Part shown: piece after piece, positions 14,951-26,608 of the stretch | How the letters are laid out: each line of letters opens with the position of its first letter | How positions within the stretch are numbered: the first letter of the stretch is position 1 | NCBI GenBank assembly: GCA_000182565.2 | Contig: KQ257452.1 | DNA from: Spizellomyces punctatus DAOM BR117 | Lineage: Eukaryota | Direction: 5' to 3' (one strand) | Length of the DNA: 64,000 nt | Notes under the pieces: generated by a model | Database searches by the model: none | The model's input: the letters and a program-made list of their open reading frames with translations, nothing else | Told to the model about the DNA's origin: nothing | Translations under genes and position numbers: made by a program

Positions 14951-17798
14951 TTACTGCACTACCTTCTCAAGAAAACTGTCGTAGTTCTTTGCATACACTT
15001 CTTTATTGTGCTTGGCCAACAAGCACACCCTGCGTGAGAGCGATTCTAGCTCACTCTGCACAATGTCCAATCCGTGACTTGCCAAACTCTCCCGTTTGAA
15101 CACCCCCTTCTCCAGTTGATGACGAATGGCAAACTGAATACGGCGACTCAAAAGAGAAAACACTGGGTCACGGTATGAGAGAGTCTTCTCAACCATGCTA
15201 CGGATGAGCGATTCTTGCTCAACCGAGAGCCGCGTAGGCGGACCACTTGGTCGTGAGAGCGAGTCGTTGATCGTAGAGATAACTTGCAGAGAAAGATTAT
15301 CGATCGTGGTTCCCTTGTCGCGGAGGAGAATAAACAGCGTTTGTTTCAACTTTTGGACTGCTGGACGATTGTCGCGCAGCTCTTTGATGGCATTCTTTGA
15401 TAGCATAACCAAAGCCGCCACAATGGTGATCGCCTGACCTTCGTTCTGGAATCCAAATAGACGGTCTGCGTCTAACAACAATGTTTCCGGTAGGGTGGAA
15501 AGCGAGATCGCGGTATTAGAGAAAATAAGGTTCAATAACGCCTCGTTATATGCGTCCTCATAACCAATCCGGTTCTCTGGAGTTTGAATATTTTCGGGGT
15601 TCCGCGCCGCGGTGACAGACTGTAGGGAATTGACTGCCGTTGCAAGCCAGGCAGCCGTACGCTCCAATGTCACCGCACCAGCAATGAGAGCTTCATCAAA
15701 TTTGGTCCGTTCGTATTCCACCGCCTGCTGCTGTAAGATCGGACGCAGGGCTTGGAGGCGATAATTGGCTAAATCCAATTTCATGTCCTCCAATATGTCC
15801 AAAATATGTTCAAATGCAGTGACAATATCCGATGATAGAGCAATGGAGCGGATTGCAGCGTCACGGATAGGAGCGCAAAGCTGGAGCATCTTCTCAGTAA
15901 TGTAGCTCAAACAGCGTAGGAAATCAAAGGCATTATTATCAAGTTGTTGCTTGATGTGCTCAACGTCGAGAACTTCCTTGATATTCTCGGCGAACTTGCC
16001 ATTCTCTGAAACCATTGCCAAAAGAGCCTATCCGGCGGAAAAATGAAACATTAATACGAAAAAATACCATGGTCTGATGCAGATCTGTATGCACTTACAT
16101 CTCTAATCTGCGCAATGAATACTGGAACATGGTGACTGAATTTGCCCTCGATAAAGTCCTGCCGCACCGAATCAAAGAAGGCCTTCTTCGCCAATGTACG
16201 GACTTGCTCCTCCAATTCGCTCCTCTTTACTGGTTTTAACTGGAATTCAGGGTCCATGACGAGTTCGTGTGCCAGCTGGGCATTGCTCAGTTGGTTTCCA
16301 ACACCGAACGCCGATATCTGCGGGTCTGTGTGCTCCATTGACGAGATGGACGACTGGCTAATAGTGCTCGTACCAGCCATGTTCTCTTGTGCCCTAACAA
16401 CGGCCGGTTTAGTCACAACTGGAGGACTGCTGCTTGGGCTGCGACTAGGGCTAACAGAGTCGGTACGCCTCTGCGGAGAGCGGCTTAGGGAAGGAAAAGT
16501 CTGCGGAGAGGTGGAAAGAATATCGGCAGTCGCAGCTGTATCGATACTATCCTCAAAGTCGGCACGGAGGGCATCGCGCTCGGCAGCGAGCCTTTGTAAA
16601 GCAGTCTCTCCAAACTTGGACAATTTGTCGTGCAGCTGTCTTTGATGCTCTGTAATCCGTGGTGCCCATTGCGTATCAGCATCAACTTGATTCTTCACGG
16701 AAAGCCAGAGCCGCTCAAGCTCTATAAAGTGAGCAATCATTCCATCCACAATCTTTCGCGAATCCTGTTCCTTCCAGCTTTGGAACGCATCGTAGTAGCC
16801 GGCCCATGACTTCCAGAAGAGTTCAAGTTGCTGATATCCTCTCCCCGCCTCAAACGCTGCTATCCAAGACTCGAACTCTCGGATCATCGACTGAGCCGTC
16901 TCACTCAATGCCTGACAGAATAGTACGTTAAAATACATTGTTACAACTCTGGCCAAAAGTGTGCATTCCTACTTGCCTCTTCTTCAGGTCCCATTGTCGG
17001 CATCAGCTCTTCAGGGTGAGCGGCAAGCATGTAAGCACTCAAGAAGACTCGGGAAGGATTCTTCCATACAGTAGAGGGATGATTGGTCATTTTGTCTAAT
17101 CGCATCAGGAGCCTTCCAACTGCCTTGATCAGCGACGGAGATTGCATAGTCCGCACGAGTTTTTCAAATGGAGTCTTCAAAGATTTGTCCAATGATACAC
17201 CGAAGCGCAGAAAGTTTCTCACTAAGGGGTCAACTTTCATTCTGCGCCACCATTGTTGGATGCTGATGACAGCATCCGTGGCGACCGTACGTAGGCCGCC
17301 CTCGTCCCATGGCTGAGGTTCAAGCAAGCGCGACCGTGGAATGGTGAGAAGACGCTGACGGCGAAGTGCTGTTATTCTGAGCCGCTCCTCTAGAGCGGCC
17401 CTTCGGGCGGCAGTAAGTTCTGCCAATCGCTCGGATTGTTCGCGAGCGACTCGTTTTGCATGGGCGACGGCTTCCGCACAAGACCGCACCTGGCGCTCCA
17501 GAATGGTACGTCGATTGCGTTCCGCTACCTCTAACGTTTCTGTAATTCGGGACTTTTTGGCGGATTTATCACCATTCTCACGCATGCGCTTTGCCGCACA
17601 GACAGCTCGGACGTGAGAAGTGCGACGACGAAGACGTCGCACTCTGTCCTCAATGAATGCATTGTGACGGGCTACCGCAGAAGCACCTGGTACCGTGCTC
17701 CGACCACGTATGCGGGCTTCGACATGAAAAGGCTTTCCCGCCGGTTGCTTCAAGTTGAGCACGTCAACAACGTAGAATCCAGAATCAGTACGTTCCAT
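14951..17798 (-). CDS. SOK1: T-complex protein 11 (TCP11/SOK1) domain protein, 3 exons
   Basis: RVFLSAYML; NAQLAHELVMDPEFQL; LCAPIRD; MKLDLANYRL..LRP.L...AVEYER; LPETLLLD. Introns 16912-16976 (GC-AG) and about 16030-16098. Confidence 0.85.
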
Positions 17799-19323
17799 GC
17801 TGTCTATGACGCAGTAAAAGGCACACTGCGATCCGTCTAACGTCGATGATCAGGGGAGTGCTGTGAGTTTGACTGTAATGTGAAATGGTCTGGAGAAAGT
17901 TTGCGGATAAAAACTTGGAAACTGCTCGCGAGATGGTTCAACGTTCCCAAGGAAAAGTAAACTGGAAGAGAGTTCAAATCACGAGGAACTTGGCAAAAGG
18001 TCGTAGGAGGTGCTTGTCGTTTGGGTAAAGTAAAGATTGCTCAAGCGGAAAAAGGTCCTCAAAGCCCTAGTTTTGTGGGTCATTTCCCCCCTTTCACTTT
18101 TGGGAGCAGAGCAAGAAAGGCCAAGTAGGTTATCGCGGCGTATTTGTTTACGCTAAACGAACGCGGCGCTTGGTGACGCAACTTTCTTTACCATCCCCCC
18201 AAAATGTTGAGGGCAACGACGATGCAAGTTTCAGCTATTTTTAGCTACTGCGGTCAAGTGGGTGTTTGGCCATGTCTCGGCAAACAAATCCTCCGCCATG
18301 AACGGTGTCAGGCGACTTTGTCGGGGAGCATACCCGTCCAACCTCCTTTCAAGATCTGCAGAACCATTTGACAGCGTAAAACATACCTGATACGGGACAA
18401 GCGCTGTTCGACCTTTAATGTCATTCTCTATATGCTTATTTGGTTCATTGCAGCATACATGATGATAGTTTGACTTTTGATGGCTCGTCCAGCCAGTCGA
18501 CTGCTTGCTGAATAATACCCAATCGGATGGCAACAAAGTTCAACCTTCTTCATTCCACTTTTGACAAAATGGAGATATTTTGCAAGCAAGATGATGCTCC
18601 ATCAATCAGGGCACAGAGCGAAGGGATGAATTGCGTAAGAAAATTGCAGCACATAGTGTACTTTGGACAAGTACAGACAGCATGAAGCCCCTTTCACTGA
18701 TGCTCAGGTTTGTCCCTTAAGAGTGAACCCGGAGGTGGATGTCCATATGTGACGGATTTGCAACCCCCACTTCAACCCATCGGGCCGATGACACCATTTC
18801 ATTCGCAGTGTGTGCAAGGTTCCACGACAGAGTGTGATGAACTATACGACAGTTTATTCCGAGAGCATTCTTATCGGAAAGCATTGCCAGCCTGATGCAT
18901 CATTACCTTGCAAACGAAGGCCAAAAAGGGCTTCTCGCGTAGTATGTCACGCCAAGAGTGCAAGCCAGTGGGGGGCTTGATGAGAGCCTGCTCCGCCTTA
19001 CTAGCTCATCCTTTGGGCTGGTCGATTACTCCGCCCGACAGTTTCTCGACAACAGACGTCAGGAGTCATTGGATATGAGCACTTTGTTGCTTCCTCCGTT
19101 ACGACGCATGCACCGGTCTTTCTCTCGACAGTCCGAAAAGCCAATACCTTGGAGTACTTGGCCGGAAAAATGATGCAACATATTCGAGCATCCATGTTCG
19201 AACGCAACCATGGGCTGGTCACGGTTCCATCAAGCCTCAGAAATGTCAAATCCGGCATCGTGCACGCTCGAACACAGCAGAAGCACGCACAGGCTGTTTG
19301 CTCTGCTCAAGCAAGCCATTACC

Positions 19324-19451
19324 TTGCAGCATAGGAAGTGATGCAAGTTGGTTGAGAAAATAGTGTCAGTTCCCACAGCCTCGTCTTTTGCAGCATAGGA
19401 AGTGATGCAAGTTGGTTGAGAAAATAGTGTCAGTTCCCACAGCCTCGTCTT
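19324..19451. repeat. Perfect 64-bp direct tandem duplication (2 copies)
   Basis: TTGCAGCATAGGAAGTGATGCAAGTTGGTTGAGAAAATAGTGTCAGTTCCCACAGCCTCGTCTT at 19324-19387 and 19388-19451. Confidence 0.95.
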
Positions 19452-19496
19452 CTTTTTGTCGTCCACGCATCACTCCTCTTTGGATCACCAGAAGTT

Positions 19497-19503
19497 TATA
19501 AAA
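19497..19503 (+). promoter_or_regulatory. Putative TATA box of the secreted repeat-protein gene
   Basis: TATAAAA about 150 bp upstream of ATG 19653, followed by a C-rich leader. Confidence 0.55.
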
Positions 19504-19652
19504 GGGCACCGCCTGCCTGTATCCCTCGCCCAACAGCAGCAACTTGCCTTCGCACCAGCCTTCTCTAGCAATCCAGTTCCCTACCGCATCCAACTTGCAA
19601 TCTTTCACAGCCCACTTCCACACTCCTGTCTGTATCCACGAGGACGGTCAAG

Positions 19653-20970
19653 ATGAAGACTTGCTACCTTCTGGCCGTGGCCATTGCCCCGTTCTTCGCT
19701 TCCAGCTTTGCCGCCCCAACCTTACGGGGTAATGCTTTGGTAAGTCTATGTGCCTATAGTGCAGATTCAGCTTAGAGATTGTGAACTTGCACTGATGGTA
19801 TACTTTCCTCCTTGTTTGTTGATAACGTAGGCGGCGAGTTCAACGAATGCCAGATTTGCTGTAAGGGGTTACGATCACTACGGTTATGACGACAAGGGGG
19901 ACGACAAATATGATGATCACAAGAAAGGCCACCACGAAGACCGTAAGAAAGACCACGACGACGGCTACGACGACGACCACGGTGATCACAAAAAAAATAA
20001 TCACAAAGGGAAGGGGCACAAGAAGGATGACTACGGTGATGACAAGAAGCACGTGAGCAAATATGATGACAAGAAGGACGACTACGGGGATGACAAGAAA
20101 GGCCATCGGGACGATAAGAAGGACGACTACGGGGATGACAACAAGGATGACTACGGGGGTGACACGAAAGGCCACAAGAAGGACGACCACGGTGATGACA
20201 AGAAAGATCATAAGGACGACAAGGATGACGACTACGATGATCACAAGAAGCACCGTCGCGGGGACAAGGACGACGACTACGATGATCACAAGAAGCACCG
20301 TCGCGGGGACAAGGACGACGACTACGATGATCACAAGAAGCACCATCGCGGGGACAAGGACGACGACTACGATGATCACAAGAAGCACCATCGCGGGGAC
20401 AAGGACGACGACTACGATGATCACAAGAAGCACCATCGCGGGGACAAGGACGACGACTACGATGATCACAAGAAGCACCGTCGCGGGGACAAGGACGACG
20501 ACTACGATGGTGGCAAGAAGCACCGTGGCGGGGGCAAGGACGACTCCGATGATCACAAGAAGCACCGTGGCGGGTACGATAAGGACGACGACTACGACGA
20601 TCACAAGAAGTACCGTCGCGGGGGCAAGGACGACTCCGATGATCACAAGAAGCACCGTGGCGGGGACAAGGACGACGACTACGATGGTGGCAAGAAGCAC
20701 CGTGGCGGGGACAAGGACGACGACTACGATGGTGGCAAGAAGCACCGTGGCGGGGGCAAGGACGACTCCGATGATCACAAGAAGCACCGTGGCGGGTACG
20801 ATAAGGACGACGACTACGACGATCACAAGAAGTACCGTCGCGGGGGCAAGGACGACTCCGATGATCACAAGAAGCACCGTGGCGGGGGCAAGGACGATTC
20901 CGATGATCACAAGAAGCACCGTGGCGGGTACGACGACTACGATGATGACAAGAAGCACCGTCGCTATTGA
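19653..20970 (+). CDS. Secreted Asp/Lys/His/Gly-rich tandem-repeat protein (about 408 aa), 2 exons
   Basis: Exon 1 (19653-19739) encodes signal peptide MKTCYLLAVAIAPFFASSFA/APTLRGNAL. GT-AG intron 19740-19830. Exon 2 continues in frame into the 20053..20970 ORF (DKDDDYDDHKKHRRG repeats). Confidence 0.85.
20218..20967 (+). repeat. Coding minisatellite, about 17 units of 42-48 bp with higher-order structure
   Basis: Core unit GACAAGGACGACGACTACGATGATCACAAGAAGCACC(G/A)TCGCGGG x6, then variants arranged B-C-D-C-B-B-C-D-C-C and a terminal unit. Confidence 0.95.
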
Positions 20971-21369
20971 AAGAAGGACGACCGGGAAGACTGGAAAGAG
21001 CACGGAAAGTACAGTACCAAGAAGGAGTAGTAAGGCCTGGACGCTGTCTGTTGCCGAAGTCGGATTTATATACTTGATTCAAGGAGGGGCATTGATGTTG
21101 ATGAGGAGATATTGTAGTTATCTGTAATTGTGAATTGTGAATTGTTGTACATAACATGAAGTTTTTGGGAAGTATTTTGCAAAGAGTGTGCTGTATCGTT
21201 TTATGTGCTACATTTCAGCATGAGGAATTTCCGTTCACTTGATCTGTGGATGTTATGATGCCTACAAATACACATCACTCACTTAAGGCAGCGAAAGGTA
21301 AATAAAAGATTGGGATTTGCCTGCTATTCTCTAAAGACAACACTGGACGGTTGCATGAGAGTTGTGCCA

Positions 21370-21957
21370 TTAATCTCGACGCCAAGCAAACTTCAAAATG
21401 TACAATAAGCACCGGCCCAATGCCCAAACGGTAGGCCATACCGTCATCGCAAATCCAACTCCCCGGTACCTTCCGTCACTAGTCGCCAAATAACCCAATA
21501 GAAAGATTACCCGTGCAATGACAAACAGCATCACAAGAGGTAGAACATGCTTGCAATCGTCCCACGCAGCTAATCCAGTTACTGCGCCAAAGTGAAGCAT
21601 AAACTGCTCGACGGTGTTCTGCAGGTAACGTTGGAACACATCCATCGTGTGATTTCTGCCAATGGGGCTAACTGTCGGGTCGATGGCAGGTGTTAAGAAT
21701 CGTAAAATACCGACCAAAAAAACTCCTAATAGTAAAGGTATGGCTGACAGTGGTAGAAGCCGAAAAGCATGCAGCAGCGGCCATTGCCCACAGGTCGGTG
21801 ACGGAGCACTGAAGTGGTGGTCGGTTTGTAATATGAATGTGTACGAGAAGATTGCCGCCAAGATCACTTGAGCGATTACTGCGAGCTGGTATCCATGAAA
21901 GGACGAATGCCGGTTATTTGTTTGCCGGACGCTTTCTTTCGTTCTGTTTTTCGTCAT
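21370..21957 (-). CDS. MAPEG-family membrane protein (TMEM79-like)
   Basis: QRYLQNTVEQF; LFVIARVIFLLGY...RGVGFAMT. Several hydrophobic helices, single exon. Confidence 0.75.
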   Translation of the reverse strand: MTKNRTKESVRQTNNRHSSFHGYQLAVIAQVILAAIFSYTFILQTDHHFSAPSPTCGQWPLLHAFRLLPLSAIPLLLGVFLVGILRFLTPAIDPTVSPIGRNHTMDVFQRYLQNTVEQFMLHFGAVTGLAAWDDCKHVLPLVMLFVIARVIFLLGYLATSDGRYRGVGFAMTVWPTVWALGRCLLYILKFAWRRD

Positions 21958-22386
21958 GGTGGACAGCAAAACTTAGGACGTCGAACAGGAAGAGCTTGTT
22001 CAAGCCTATGCAGGTCTTTAAAAGTTGGCTGACGCATTACGTATCACATTGGATTTGGGTGGAACCTCAGGGTCCAAACAGAAATACTCTCTAATAGCAG
22101 CACGACGTCCGGAAGGTGTTCGGAGTCAATGAATAGGATGGCAAGCAGAAAGCCAAACAACACAGCGATACCATAAGACACCGCTCTCCACTCTGTGGTG
22201 GACATGGACGCAACGTCAAACTAGGCCGCTAAACAAAACGACGTTTGTGCAAAGCCCGCTGCTTACGAGATTCCTTGCACGTGAGAGATTTGGTAATTGG
22301 ATGTGGCTCAGCAACATGGCTCACCCAAGTTGATGGGCACAAGCTTCTCCAAAGATTTCGTCGATCGCTCTAATTATTTCCTTGTC

Positions 22387-23184
22387 ATGCACACTCTTAG
22401 CCAGCGGGCCAACACCCTATTTGCTTTCTTTGTGACAGTGCTTTTCTCTGTTCTTGGGGCCGTTGCAATATCGGGACCGCTACTGCTATGGAGGGTTCCA
22501 AAGGACGCGAACGCTGTCGATCTATCAGTGGAAGCCGTCTCTGTGTCTGTTGCTTTCTTTCGGCTAACGCAGTCGCGGTGAAATGTCTGATTCGTTTTTA
22601 TATAGAAAAATGGGCAGACTTGGCTACTACTATGACTACAGCTCACCAGCGACAGAGCTCGGCTTAATTCAATTCAACCTTGATGCAGGTACGTGCTTAA
22701 GGGCTAAATGGTCATCCACTATCCTTCCACGTAATAAATGCCTTCGACATATAATAGACCTTACGACCTTGTGGAACTGGAACACCAAGCAGCTCTTTTT
22801 ATACGTGGTCGCCGAGTACGAAACCCCATCGCACGTAAGGGTATTATGAATGCTGGCGACGTGTGGTGCACTTCCTGACGATACTCTTCCAGAATGTGAA
22901 TCAGATCGTTATATGGGATGATATAATTACGAGCAAGGAAGATGCTATCGTGACGCTTCGGAATAAAAAGGCAGAATATGTCGCATCGGACATGAGTCAC
23001 AAGCTAGCGTAAGTGTTTGAGCAACGGTAGTATCTTCACGTCACCGTAAGGACTAAAGAGCTTTGTGTTTAGGGGCATTCGAACAAATCTGTCGCTGCAT
23101 TGGAATATCGTTCCCCATGTAGGGTTATTGATGACCCAGCGAGCAGGATCCGCGCCGTTAACATTCCCGAGGGCGTCTCAATAA
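22387..23184 (+). CDS. SPC3: Signal peptidase complex subunit SPC3/SPCS3, multi-exon
   Basis: MHTLSQRANTLFAF; FNLDA|DLTTLWNWNTKQLFLYVVAEY; NQIVIWDDII; LSLHWNIVPHVG. Confidence 0.92.
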
Positions 23185-23507
23185 CAAAGACCACAATAGT
23201 ACAAAGAGTCTGTTTGCAGCCGCCGTTGTGAGATCTGATGCAAATATAGCTGAAATAGTACATCCTGCTTGTCTGCGCTTGACAAATCATTTGAATCATA
23301 TATTGAGAGCGTATATTTCGTCAAGTGTTCTAGTCCATCCCATGTGGAGCATTTGTTTATCTCGCTAGTGTTATGCTGTGCCATCACTGTGCCACCAGCC
23401 GAGCGTAATCAAGCGGGCGGAATGCAGACCGTTTGGTCTCGCCAATACCGTTATCGTTTTCAACATTATCCTCCATTCTACAGTTACCCGTGTATATCAT
23501 CGTCCAA

Positions 23508-26500
23508 ATGTCGCTAATAACGGACGCGGACTATCTGGTATGTCTGCCCCTATTTAACGCATGTAGCTATCTTAGTTTACAATATTCATCGTTGGCGCGT
23601 TGACTGAATTTTCAATGTCTCCTTTCCCATAGATCTACCAGATGCGCTTATCCATGTTAAAGGCTAAAGATACCCTGGCGGAGCGTATCATCACGCTACC
23701 AAATACACTTGATAGTGAATACATCATTTCTGCAACGTCACATACAGGACTGGATGGCGCTCCCGATTCGCAGTCGTTGGGGTTTCCGGCACCGGGTCGG
23801 CTGCGATCACCATATCGCAGTCAGGTCAGTTTTGTTGCGCACAGCCGTCAAAACATTGCGGATGACAAGGAAAAAAGAAGTATCTCCTCACGGCGCGGGC
23901 AGCCTACCGGTGGTACCTCTGGTCAACCTGCTGAATCTGGTGCAAGCACTGGTGTGGTCTCAGACCAGAATAATGCACATTCAAAGGAAGTACTATCCAC
24001 GAGTAAACCGAATGTGGCAGTCCAGATCACGAGTGACACTGACACTCAGGCAACGGTACCGGCATCGGTCCTTCCAGATAGACGAGAACCGACAGAAAGC
24101 CGATTAGACGATGCGAATCATGAGCGCCGTATGGCGACTATAGAGGCACTGAAGCTACGCCTGCAGCAAGCACAGCAAAATTTACAACTAGATCTGAAAG
24201 CTGCTCCACCAGATGATTTGCAAGGAGATGGGCAGATGGAGGATGTGGGTGGAGGTGAGGACGCAACACCATCGGAAGAAGGCAGTGCGCCCCAATCAGG
24301 AGCTATCGCCGAAGCAGATGGTGAGGGCCCAGCTGATGCCAGCAATACCGGGAGTGAACAAAACAGTCTGCAGGCGTCAATGCGTGAGGCGCTTCGTCGT
24401 GCCGAGTCAGGCGAGTTAGCTCTTCAGCACAGGTGATTGCACAACTTTTTAACGCAATGCAAGGGACGTTTATCTTATGGCAGCTATCTTCGCTTCTCTT
24501 CTGTTCTGTGGGTAGTCAGGGGTCACACTCCTCTGGGGCTTCAATGCATCTTGAGGAAGAATCTGATGAACTCGAACCGAGCACTACACTATTGTCGGAG
24601 TCGGAAGTGCGATCCGCTAATGTGGACACGCCAGTGGTCGTATCAACTGAACCTGCCGATGAGGCCAACGAAGAGGGCGTCATACATGAGATTATTGATG
24701 CGGCTGGGGCTTCTGAAGAGAGAGCAGGATCTCCACTTCCCAGTAAACTGAGCGTTCCCCCAGATCAGAGTCTTCTAACAAAGCGGACATTATCGGAAAG
24801 CGTCAAGAGTGCTCGGACGCCATCTCTGCCCCGAGAAGACCTCTTTAGAAAGCGAGATTTGCCTCAGAGTAAGCCATCTACGTTTGTGCAAAGTGGACCG
24901 CTCAATAGAACGTCATACCGCGAGCTCCCATCCAAACCCTTGTCATCATTGACGGCGATGTTACAGCTACAGAGTCGATCTGATAATCCGTTCAGCAAGG
25001 ACTATGCTTTCTTTGTACGTATCCGAGGGAAGGCTTAGTATTCTTCATTGATACTAATGTAATGTCATGTGTTTGCATCAAAAAGTCCGGAAAAGGCGAT
25101 CCTAATTCGATACGGTTGAAAATATACATGCCAATAAGTGATGAGCCTGACGTCCCACTCGATATATGCGTTTTGCGTGATGCTAGCGTGGAAGAGGTGA
25201 TGGGATATACACTTTGCGAGTACTGGGGCGAAGGCCGACAACCAATGATTCCCGAGCATCTGCGAAATGTGATAATGTGGAATATGCGGATCGTGGAAGA
25301 CGATGGAAGCATTGATGATGACTTTCCAGGTGGGTGCATGGCATGATAATGGTCTTACCGATAGTCGGCACCTCATATAACATGGATGACCCTTAGCGCT
25401 GGAGCGGACCCGCAAAATATCAAAGTTTGCCTTTGATCAGTTTGCGCTTTGCGAAGCATCGCCAGATCAAGGTTGGTGTGGTATTGTGCACTGAAGCCTC
25501 ATTTTCGTGACACTAACAGAGTCTCTACAGTCAAACTTAACGAAGGCAACCGCAAACAGCCTGTCTCTAATATTGGATCAAGTTCTTCTGCTGGAACGCC
25601 GACATCTGCCCTTCCCACCACAACCGTCTTCCTTAAAGTACACCTTTACTCCACCATTGAGGTCAAGCAAACAACGACCATGCCTGTCGCGTCAAACATC
25701 CCACTAGCCGATGTCTTCGAACAAATTTGCCGCAAGCGAAAATATGATCCCAGCAAATATGTATTTAAGATGGCTGACACAAAAACGGATGTGCCACTGG
25801 ATAAGACTCTGGAACAGTTGCGAGTGTCTGAGCTTTGCATACTGAAGCGGGCTGGGGGAGGTGGTGCGTATCCATCATGGAAGTTGATGACTGAGTGACA
25901 AGTTCCAACTGACGCGCTGATACGTGTAATTTTAGCGGGAGATGTGTTTCTGCGACCACCAGATGAGAAGACGGAGATTGCAGATCAGCCGCGCTTCATT
26001 GAACCAGAGGAGTACTCTTCGATGTATAAGGTAAGGCAAACTCTTCAGCGTCGGAATTCCAGATGATGGTGGAGATGAACAATGGCCCTGTTTCTTCTGT
26101 AGCAATACACGGTATCACATAAGGCGTTTATGGGGCGACATGATCGCTTGCTGACGATTGACGGAGACTACATTCACATAATGGCTGCCGAAAATAAGAA
26201 TTTCTTCGATACAATGAAGACAGTAAGAACCCATTTTGGATTACCTCACAACTAAACTTGGCCAGCTGCTTATCCTTGTCTTTCACAGTCATCACATCAC
26301 ATTAGCACAGTCATATCTTGCAAGGCGACGAAGAAGACGTCGAGCTTCCGACTTCTGGTGCATGGATCGAAAGGCCATGACACCCGTACGTACGATTTAG
26401 AAGCTGCCTCACAGGTCGAAGCAGGTATGCAAAGAGAAGTTAAAGACCTTGCTGCACAACACATTTTCTGACATGAACAATTCGGGTCATTCAGCGGAGA

Positions 26501-26565
26501 TATGCACAAAGATATCCTTTTTAATTCAAATGAACAAGCGAGAGAGCGGGCTGCGACTACGGTGA
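23508..26565 (+). CDS. SIN1: TORC2 subunit SIN1/AVO1 (CRIM, RBD and PH domains), multi-exon
   Basis: N-terminus MSLITDADYL|IYQMRLSML; CRIM region SSLTAML...NPF..DYAFF|SGKG...LKIYMP...WNMRIVEDDGSIDDDFP|ALER; RBD ICRKRKYDP; PH region RHDRLLTIDGDYIHIM...YDLEA. Confidence 0.9.
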
Positions 26566-26608
26566 ATTAATTTTAATAATAAACTAATTGAGCGATTTCC
26601 GCTTTCAT

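Noticed and set aside
18200-19320. Short ORFs upstream of the repeat-protein gene, possibly a pseudogene or tailoring enzyme
   Set aside because: Stops occur in all frames and there is no family motif such as the DUF3328 HxxHC. Treated as intergenic.
20218-20967. Repeat array as a CRISPR array, or as FLAG-tag/vector contamination (DYDD/DKDDD resembles DYKDDDDK)
   Set aside because: There are no unique spacers or cas genes, the context is eukaryotic, no exact FLAG sequence is present, and the units grade into degenerate native sequence.
19772-21157. Long alternative ORFs over the repeat: minus-strand R/C/H-rich 461 aa and V/I/L-rich 387 aa, plus-strand T-rich 354 aa
   Set aside because: Shadow frames of a stop-poor repeat. 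Only the D/K/H frame links to a signal-peptide exon through a canonical intron and has an upstream TATA box.
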